From Thermodesulfobacteriota bacterium (lineage in GTDB: Bacteria > Desulfobacterota_D > UBA1144 > Nemesobacterales > Nemesobacteraceae): a stretch of DNA of 64,000 nt. Below the pieces are notes generated by a model. It was not told the DNA's origin. It made no database searches and saw only the letters and a list, made by a program, of their open reading frames with translations. Position numbers and translations under genes: made by a program. How positions within the stretch are numbered: the stretch's first letter is position 1; every line of letters begins with the position of its first letter. Where the stretch lies: positions 1,258,938-1,322,937 of the forward strand of contig OZ246948.1 of the NCBI GenBank assembly GCA_965232155.1, given 5' to 3'. Shown piece after piece: positions 52,271 to 59,018 of this stretch.

Positions 52271-53533
52271 ATGAATAAACAAAGAATCGGGAGATCTTCC
52301 CCACTTTCTGAACCAGTTGATCTGCTTTTAGCGGACATTGCGATTCACATTCAACTCAGCACCACAGATTTTCGTAAGATGGAGGAACGCTACAAAACTC
52401 TTGGAGACTACATTAACCGCCCGGGAAGTTTGCTTGGAGGCAGAGTCCAGCGTGTATATCCGCAGGGTTCAATGGCCATAGGAACAACCGTCGCCTCAAA
52501 GCTTATCAATGATGAGCACGACGTAGATTTTATCGTCCAGCTTCAGTTGAATCCCAATACAGCCCCGAAAAAAGTGCTCGACTTACTCTTCCATAGTATT
52601 CGCGGGAAAGAAGGTTCTCTTTATTTTGGTAAAGTCGAGCGCCGAAACCGCTGCGTAACCGTACATTATGCGGATAAAATGCATGCCGATATAACCCCGA
52701 TGATCCGGGTCCCCGGACCCGAGCGCGAGAGCTTTCTGTTTCATAACAAGCCTAATGCTCTTGAAGAAGACCAAGCATTGATTGCCAACCCTTTCGGTTT
52801 TGCGGAGTGGTTTAAGGAAATTACGTCAGTTGATAAGGAATTTGCCGAGATTTTTGCCATGAGGGCAGGTAGATATGAGGAGCGCATACTGAACATGAGG
52901 GCCGAAAGCGAAGAAATCCCCGATCAGGAACCTATCAATAGCAAGTCTAAAGCCGTTGTGGCTCTACAACTGATAAAACGCTGGCGCAACGTACTGTTCG
53001 ATAAACGTAGCACTCGCCGTCCACCTTCCGTAATGATGAGTAAGCAGGTAGCGGATGCCGCAAATAATACCAGCACGCTTTCCGAGGAATTGCTATATCA
53101 AGCACAGTGCATGCGCGACGAATTGTTTCGGTATCATCAGGCTAGACGGAAAATTCGGGTGTTTAACCCACGCTGTGGCAAGGATGAGTTTACTGACCGC
53201 TGGCCAGGTTCACTATATGAACAAGAAGTTTTCCTTAACGATTTAAACGCTCTTATTGCCGATCTTAACCGTATTAATGCAGGCTGTGACCTTAGAGAAA
53301 TGCGAAAGATAATGATCAGATTGTTCGGAGAAGCTCCTACGGGTGCGGTTTTTGAGATGTTTAACAAGGAACTAGGAAAACGGATAGAAAGCGGGCAGAG
53401 CTATCACAAACCAGACGGTGGGCGCATTTATTTACCTACGAGCGGGATTGTTACTAGCGGGCCTTCGAGATCCGGAGTACGGAGGACTCCAAGAAATACT
53501 TTTTACGGTACGGAAGGGAGGAAGAAGAAATAA
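52271..53533 (+). CDS. CD-NTase/SMODS-like nucleotidyltransferase (candidate cyclic oligonucleotide synthase)
   Basis: Pol-beta-type NTase signature YPQGSMAIGTTV...(14 aa)...DVDFIV, a third acidic residue in VHYADKMHADITPM, and operon partners typical of CBASS. Confidence 0.7.
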   Translation: MNKQRIGRSSPLSEPVDLLLADIAIHIQLSTTDFRKMEERYKTLGDYINRPGSLLGGRVQRVYPQGSMAIGTTVASKLINDEHDVDFIVQLQLNPNTAPKKVLDLLFHSIRGKEGSLYFGKVERRNRCVTVHYADKMHADITPMIRVPGPERESFLFHNKPNALEEDQALIANPFGFAEWFKEITSVDKEFAEIFAMRAGRYEERILNMRAESEEIPDQEPINSKSKAVVALQLIKRWRNVLFDKRSTRRPPSVMMSKQVADAANNTSTLSEELLYQAQCMRDELFRYHQARRKIRVFNPRCGKDEFTDRWPGSLYEQEVFLNDLNALIADLNRINAGCDLREMRKIMIRLFGEAPTGAVFEMFNKELGKRIESGQSYHKPDGGRIYLPTSGIVTSGPSRSGVRRTPRNTFYGTEGRKKK

Positions 53534-53562
53534 GAGTACTCCCAATCAAAGAACAAATAGAT

Positions 53563-53970
53563 ATGATGAGCAAGAGATGGCCTCAATTTAAGGTCTCTTG
53601 GCCAACAAGATGGTTTGTTTCTTGGGAAGGAGTACTTTGCCCCCTTAACAAAAGATATGTTATTCAGGTGGTTTATTGTCTCGGAGCAAATCTCGGCTCA
53701 GTCGAAATATCACCGAAACCCCCTCAAGTTCGAGTTCTTTTTCCTATGCTTGAAAAACGTCCTGAGAATCCAGAAGAATCGATTCCTCATCATTATTTCA
53801 ATCTTGGAAATCCCAACCATCCAATTTTATGCCTGTATGACCCTGGTAAAAAAGAATGGATTCCAAGTAATTATATTGCCGAAACTATACTGCCATGGAC
53901 CATTAACTGGCTGGCATGCTATGAGGGATGGCGTGCAACCGGGGAGTGGAGAGGAGGGGGAAGTCATTGA
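53563..53970 (+). CDS. Stand-alone E2/UBC-fold protein (Cap2-like, E2 only)
   Basis: The linear pattern mirrors the UBC fold: W-EGVL-P...YVIQVVY...PKPPQVRVLFP...PHHY...NPNHPILCLYDPGKKEWIP...ILPWTINWL. The putative catalytic cysteine is Cys90. Confidence 0.6.
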   Translation: MMSKRWPQFKVSWPTRWFVSWEGVLCPLNKRYVIQVVYCLGANLGSVEISPKPPQVRVLFPMLEKRPENPEESIPHHYFNLGNPNHPILCLYDPGKKEWIPSNYIAETILPWTINWLACYEGWRATGEWRGGGSH

Positions 53971-53982
53971 CAGTAAAAACAA

Positions 53983-55074
53983 TTGAAGGATATGAATAAA
54001 GAAATAAACCCTCCGAAGAGATCGTCAGGCACGCTTCAACGCCACCGCATCCTGCAACCTTGGCCAAAGAATCAAATTTTTCGCATCCTTTCCATTGATG
54101 GTGGTGGGATATGTGGAATATTTCCGGCAGTTTTTCTGGCGGAATTAGAAAAACGTTATCTCGGCAACACTTCCATAGCAAGATATTTTGACCTTATTAC
54201 TGGAACTTCGACAGGCGGAATCATTGCGGTCGGGTTAGGGTCCGGTCTTTGTGCTAAAGAGCTTTCCGAAATTTACATCAAGCGTGGATGTGAAATCTTT
54301 CCACCGTCGAATTCAGGATTAGCCGGTATGGTTCAACGTGGCATAAAGAAGTTAAGACATTCTTTACTGTACCACTATGACCGCAAGGCACTTATGGAAA
54401 TACTCCATGAAATCCTCGGCAAACAAAAACTCGGCCAGTCCTGTAACCGACTTTGCATTCCATCTTTTGATGGGCGTTATGGAGAAGTGTACATCTTCAA
54501 AACGCCTCACCACCCCGACTTCCGTAAAGATCATATTGAATTGATGACCAAAGTTGCCGCCGCCACGGCAGCGGCACCAACTTTCTTTAAACCACTTGAA
54601 GATAGAGGCTACACTTTCGTCGATGGCGGAGTATGGGCAGCCAATCCCGTTATGGTTGGCTTAGTTGATGCCGTGTCCTGTTTTGATGTACCAACGGAAA
54701 ACATACGAATCCTGAGCTTGGGATGCAGTAACCATAACTATGCAACAGTTAAAGGGTGGAAAATTTCGATGGGTGGCCTGCTTGTTTGGCGAAACATTAT
54801 CTACGCATCAATGCAACTGCAATCCATGAACGCCTTGGGTCAGGCCGGTCTGCTTATAGGACGGGACAAGATCATACGCATCGCACCTCCAGAAAGCCAA
54901 AGAGTGATCGCCTTAGACGACTGGATACGGGCCAGCGAAGAACTGCCATCTCTTGCGAAAGAGATGGCGGAAGAAAGGGGTATTCAGGTGGCGGAAATTT
55001 TTCTGAAAGATATAACTGACCCCTATGAACCACTCTATTCTGAGAATGAGGAGAACAGTTGCTCCAGTTTCTGA
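53983..55074 (+). CDS. Patatin-like phospholipase (CapV-like effector)
   Basis: Oxyanion-hole motif ILSIDGGGICGIF, nucleophile elbow ITGTSTGGIIA (GxSxG) and catalytic Asp motif FVDGGVWAANP. The start codon is uncertain (TTG at 53983 or ATG at 53992). Confidence 0.85.
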   Translation: MKDMNKEINPPKRSSGTLQRHRILQPWPKNQIFRILSIDGGGICGIFPAVFLAELEKRYLGNTSIARYFDLITGTSTGGIIAVGLGSGLCAKELSEIYIKRGCEIFPPSNSGLAGMVQRGIKKLRHSLLYHYDRKALMEILHEILGKQKLGQSCNRLCIPSFDGRYGEVYIFKTPHHPDFRKDHIELMTKVAAATAAAPTFFKPLEDRGYTFVDGGVWAANPVMVGLVDAVSCFDVPTENIRILSLGCSNHNYATVKGWKISMGGLLVWRNIIYASMQLQSMNALGQAGLLIGRDKIIRIAPPESQRVIALDDWIRASEELPSLAKEMAEERGIQVAEIFLKDITDPYEPLYSENEENSCSSF

Positions 55075-55227
55075 TAACCGTCTGGAAGAGTACGGAAAGG
55101 AAGGTCACAAGCACAGGATTCATTTAGGTGATTCGGTGGCGATGTGCCGGTCGGCTTATGCAAATCTCAGGCGATTGGATGCGTCAAACATTCTTTGGTG
55201 TTTAAAGAGACTGTTAAGATAACAATT

Positions 55228-55254
55228 GTGCAAACGAAAACTTGCACTTTTATT
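55228..55254 (+). terminator. Candidate rho-independent terminator after the patatin gene
   Basis: GTGCAA-acgaaaac-TTGCAC hairpin followed by TTTTATT. The stem is short (6 bp). Confidence 0.35.
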
Positions 55255-55405
55255 GAGTTAAATCAGTCGGACCGTGCTTTTTAAAACAGCTTTGTAAGTG
55301 GTAACCCCCGGATGGCGAGAGAAATCATTCTATTTCAGGAAATTATGACAAATATCTAATCTTGTTTCTATTAGTTTTTCTCTGTTTTTGTTTTATCCCG
55401 AAACC

Positions 55406-55433
55406 TTGACATAACCCTTTTGATGATTAGTTT
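55406..55433 (+). promoter_or_regulatory. Candidate sigma70 promoter for rpoH
   Basis: TTGACA (55406-55411), 16-nt spacer, TAGTTT (55428-55433). Confidence 0.3.
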
Positions 55434-55455
55434 GAAAAGTGGAGGTACATGTTAG

Positions 55456-56316
55456 ATGCAAACGGCAGTTGCCACGTGCGATTCTCTCTCGGTTTTCATG
55501 CGAGAGATGGAAAAACATCCGCTTATCTCAAAAGAGGAAGAGTATGCGCTTGCGGTCAAATATTACGAAAACGAAGATCTTGAAGCGGCCAACAAGCTTG
55601 TGGTGTCAAACCTAAGGTTCGTAGTGAGAATCGCTTCTGAGTACAGATCTTACGGTTTTCCGATGATGGATCTTGTTCAAGAAGGTTCGATAGGACTGAT
55701 GCGCGCCGTTCAAAAATTCAACCCTTACAAGGGGTACAGGCTCATATCCTACGCGGTGTGGTGGATCAGGGTAAGGATCCAGAACCACATAATGAAGTTC
55801 TGGAGCAACGTTAAGATCGGAACAACGCAGTCCCAAAGAAGGCTTTTCCAGAGAATAGAAGGGGCAAAGCGCAAACTCGGGATAACCGCCGCTAACATGG
55901 AAGATGACGACATAAGCCGCCTGGCGGACCATTTTGGCGTTAACGAAGAGGATATCTCCGAGATGCAGGTCCGCGCTTCCAAAAGGGATCTTTCCCTCTC
56001 GGAGCGTCCCGCAGGGGACGACTCCTCGGCTACTTACGTGGAGTTGCTTCCCGATCCGTCGGATAACCAGGAGCAGGTGCTCGGTGAACTCGGGTTTGAC
56101 AGTCTTGCCAGGGAGAATCTGCGCGAAGCTCTCGAGACGCTTTCAGAGAGGCAGAAAAAGGTGATAAACGAGAGGTATTTCACCGAACCTCCAAGAAAAC
56201 TCCACGAAATAGCCCGTGATCTCGGGGTTTCCCAAGAGAGGGTAAGGCAGATACAGGCCGAATCCATAGGGAAACTCAGGGGGTACATGGCCGAAAGACT
56301 TGAAATTCACCCGTAA
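55456..56316 (+). CDS. rpoH: RNA polymerase sigma-32 (heat-shock) factor
   Basis: Region 2 is DLVQEGSIGLMRAVQKFNPYKGYRLISYAVWWIRVRIQNHI, followed by the RpoH-box-like TQSQRRLFQRIEGAKRKL. Region 4 is LHEIARDLGVSQERVRQI. Confidence 0.85.
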   Translation: MQTAVATCDSLSVFMREMEKHPLISKEEEYALAVKYYENEDLEAANKLVVSNLRFVVRIASEYRSYGFPMMDLVQEGSIGLMRAVQKFNPYKGYRLISYAVWWIRVRIQNHIMKFWSNVKIGTTQSQRRLFQRIEGAKRKLGITAANMEDDDISRLADHFGVNEEDISEMQVRASKRDLSLSERPAGDDSSATYVELLPDPSDNQEQVLGELGFDSLARENLREALETLSERQKKVINERYFTEPPRKLHEIARDLGVSQERVRQIQAESIGKLRGYMAERLEIHP

Positions 56317-56342
56317 CAAGAAGAAAACCTAGGAGGAATTAA

Positions 56343-58262
56343 ATGGCTTCTAAGATAATAGGAATAGACCTTGGAACAACTAATTCATGCGTCGCCATTG
56401 TTGAGGGCGGCGAGCCGAAAGTGATAATCAACGAAGAAGGCACGAGAACAACCCCTTCGGTAGTAGCGTTTCTAAAGGGCGGAGAAGAGATTCTGGTTGG
56501 TGGACCGGCGAAGCGCCAGGCCGTTGCTAACCCCGAGAACACCGTCTACTCTACGAAAAGGCTTATGGGCAGAAGGTTTGAGGAGATATCAAGCGAAGCT
56601 GAAGGTCTTGCCTATAATGTAGTAAAGTCAGGCAAATCGGACGCTTGGGTCGAGGTCGAGGGAAAAGAGTACTCTCCCCCGCAGGTCTCAGCGCACGTGC
56701 TCATGAAGCTTAAGAAGGCCGCAGAGGATTACCTGGGTTCTGAAGTTACAGAAGCCGTTATCACGGTTCCTGCTTATTTTAACGACAGCCAGCGCCAGGC
56801 CACGAAAGACGCCGGAAAAATAGCTGGTCTTGACGTAAAGCGCATAATAAACGAGCCGACCGCTGCAGCTCTTGCCTACGGGTTTGATAAAAAGAAAGAG
56901 GGGATGATAGTTGTCTACGACCTCGGAGGCGGAACTTTTGATGTATCGGTGCTTGAGGTCGGAAACAACGTTATAGAGGTAAAGTCCACAAACGGCGATA
57001 CCCATCTCGGTGGAGACGATTTTGACAAGAGGGTCATTGATTACATCATCTCTGAATTTAAAAAGGATTCCGGGATAGATCTCGGGGCGGACAAGATGTC
57101 CGTGCAGAGGCTAAGGGAAGCCGCCGAAAAGGCCAAGATCGAGCTTTCAAATACCGTCGAGACGGAAATCAACCTGCCGTTTATAACGGCCGACGCGAGC
57201 GGTCCCAAACATTTGGTGCTTAAGATAACGCGCTCCAAGTTCGAACAGCTGATTGAAGATCTTGTAAAGGGCACCCTCAAACCCTGTGAACAGGCTCTTA
57301 AGGACGCGGGGCTTCGCCCGGGCGAGATAGCCGAGGTAATACTGGTTGGCGGGTCGACCAGAATCCCACTTGTCCAGAAAGTCGTGACTGACTTTTTCGC
57401 AAAGGATCCGAGCAGGGGAATAAACCCCGACGAGGTAGTCGCCATGGGGGCCGCCATACAGGCTGGCGTGCTCGGTGGGGACGTGACCGACATGCTTCTT
57501 TTGGATGTTGTTCCCCTCTCGCTTGGCATTGAGACTCTAGGAGGGGTCATGACCACCATTATCGAGAGAAACACGACTATTCCCACCAAGAAAAGCCAGA
57601 TTTTCACAACGGCTGAAGACAACCAGAACTCGGTTGAGATTCACGTGCTGCAGGGAGAAAGGCAGATGGCGGCTGATAACAGAACGCTTGCCAGGTTCAT
57701 TCTGTCGGGCATTCCCGCGGCGGCAAGGGGCATTCCGCAGATAGAGGTCACTTTCGATACCGACGCCGACGGAATACTCCACGTATCCGCGAAGGACAAC
57801 GCGACTCAGAAGGAACAGAAGGTGAAGGTTGAGTCCTCAAGCGGGCTAAGCAGCGACGAGATTGACTCCATGGTTGAGGAAGCTGAGAGCATGTCCGAGA
57901 AAGACAAGGAGAAAAGCGAACAGGTTCAGAAGAGAAATCAGCTTGACGAGCTTGTCTACAGGACTGACAAGAGTTTCCAGGAACTTGGCGACGGCTTCTC
58001 TGATGAGGAGAAGAAGGAACTCGAGCAGGCCCTTCAGGAAGGAAGGGAAGCCCTTAATTCGGATGACCTAGGCAAAATAGACCTTGCGACGGAAAAAATA
58101 ACCGCCGTCTCTCACAAGCTTGCAGAACTTATGTACAAAAAACAGCAAGAAGAAGCCTCTGCAAGCGCCGCAGAGGGCGGGGCTGGAGACCAAGCCCCCG
58201 AGCAAGGAAACTCGACCTCGGGCGACGATGTTATAGACGCCGAGTTTACCGAACAGAAGTAA
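56343..58262 (+). CDS. dnaK: Molecular chaperone DnaK (Hsp70)
   Basis: [24 protein letters not shown] and [11 protein letters not shown]. Confidence 0.95.
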   Translation: MASKIIGIDLGTTNSCVAIVEGGEPKVIINEEGTRTTPSVVAFLKGGEEILVGGPAKRQAVANPENTVYSTKRLMGRRFEEISSEAEGLAYNVVKSGKSDAWVEVEGKEYSPPQVSAHVLMKLKKAAEDYLGSEVTEAVITVPAYFNDSQRQATKDAGKIAGLDVKRIINEPTAAALAYGFDKKKEGMIVVYDLGGGTFDVSVLEVGNNVIEVKSTNGDTHLGGDDFDKRVIDYIISEFKKDSGIDLGADKMSVQRLREAAEKAKIELSNTVETEINLPFITADASGPKHLVLKITRSKFEQLIEDLVKGTLKPCEQALKDAGLRPGEIAEVILVGGSTRIPLVQKVVTDFFAKDPSRGINPDEVVAMGAAIQAGVLGGDVTDMLLLDVVPLSLGIETLGGVMTTIIERNTTIPTKKSQIFTTAEDNQNSVEIHVLQGERQMAADNRTLARFILSGIPAAARGIPQIEVTFDTDADGILHVSAKDNATQKEQKVKVESSSGLSSDEIDSMVEEAESMSEKDKEKSEQVQKRNQLDELVYRTDKSFQELGDGFSDEEKKELEQALQEGREALNSDDLGKIDLATEKITAVSHKLAELMYKKQQEEASASAAEGGAGDQAPEQGNSTSGDDVIDAEFTEQK

Positions 58263-58381
58263 TTACGAAGAGTTGCGAATTTCATCCGTCTTTTTGCGGG
58301 TGCTGCTTTGCGACCGGAAAAAGGAGCGTTGGTTTATTAGTTTCTTCCAAATGATAAAACAAAGAATCAAGGAGGGCTATT

Positions 58382-58777
58382 ATGTTTAAAGAGGTTTCTG
58401 TAGATTGGAAACAAGTCTCCTTTTATAAACCGGATGATATTCCCTTTCTGGACAAAACATTAAGCGGTGTCTATTTGATTTGGGATGGTAGAATGGGAGA
58501 AGTTATTTATATTGGGAGAGGAAATATATTTCAACGTTTAAGTGACAATTTTAGCGATGAACATCTTAAATTTCATCTTGACAATCGTTATATGTATTTA
58601 ACGTATTCTTCTGTTCCAGAACAAAAACAAGCTGGATTACTACGTTATTTGACAGAAAAGTATGAGCCATCCATAAGGAATTATGATTCACTCACGGAAA
58701 TCATTAAACCAAACTACGGTCCCCCCGAGATTCCTTATCTTAAAGTTTATCCAGCAGAGCTAAAACTGCTGAAATAA
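58382..58777 (+). CDS. Small GIY-YIG-like domain protein in an AT-rich spacer
   Basis: SGVYLIWDGRMGEVIYIGRGNIFQRL matches the GIY-(x10-11)-YIG spacing. AAGGAGG RBS upstream. Nothing else is recognisable. Confidence 0.45.
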   Translation: MFKEVSVDWKQVSFYKPDDIPFLDKTLSGVYLIWDGRMGEVIYIGRGNIFQRLSDNFSDEHLKFHLDNRYMYLTYSSVPEQKQAGLLRYLTEKYEPSIRNYDSLTEIIKPNYGPPEIPYLKVYPAELKLLK

Positions 58778-58986
58778 TAGGCTACGGCCAGCATTAAATA
58801 CAATGCCCTAAAAGTTTTGTTGGGCAACAGGGGACGTACAATTTCCTTCTGCGAGTAGTGATATTTTTCCCTTGCGGTTAAACTGATTTTCCGAATCTAG
58901 ACTTCCGCCTTTGACCCATTTTAAGTGTTCGGGGTTGGGTTCTAGATTGTAAAAACCACGCGGTTGTTTTGTGCCGCAAAATGCCT

Positions 58987-59011
58987 CGCGGCCCCGCTTC
59001 GCCGCGTTTTT
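58987..59011 (+). terminator. GC-rich hairpin plus T-run immediately upstream of aceE (terminator or insulator for the GIY-YIG transcript)
   Basis: CGCGGC-cccgcttc-GCCGCG followed by TTTTTA. Confidence 0.35.
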
Positions 59012-59018
59012 ATGGATA

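Larger units (their letters stand above)
50805..55260. other. AT-richer defence island (CBASS-like operon plus its divergent regulator pair) between sucC and rpoH
   Basis: Composition shift, five functionally linked genes, and no sucD where it is normally expected. I saw no recombinase or flanking direct repeat. Confidence 0.7.

Noticed and set aside
53615-53986. 123-aa ORF overlapping the E2-like gene in another frame
   Set aside because: The translation is low-complexity and Ile/Phe/Lys-rich, as expected for an off-frame read of AT-rich DNA. The 53563 frame shows the ordered UBC-like motif series instead.
50805-55455. Direct repeats, or an integrase or transposase, at the borders of the defence island (borders of the 33.8-36.2 kb insertion also checked)
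   Set aside because: I found only vague T-rich similarity (taatttgttttctg versus tagtttttctctg) and no recombinase gene, so I do not call either insertion a defined mobile element.
56299-56305. CTTGAAA, an exact sigma-32 -35 consensus, near the 3' end of rpoH and upstream of dnaK
   Set aside because: No CCCCATnT-like -10 lies at the required 13-15 nt spacing, where the sequence is aagaagaaaacc. A lone 7-mer is not evidence for a heat-shock promoter.
57041-57622. 193-aa minus-strand ORF, and similar ones at 5257-5769, 37967-38512 and 50189-50776
   Set aside because: All lie antisense inside strongly supported genes (dnaK, a metal permease, fabD, sucC) and have no independent signals.
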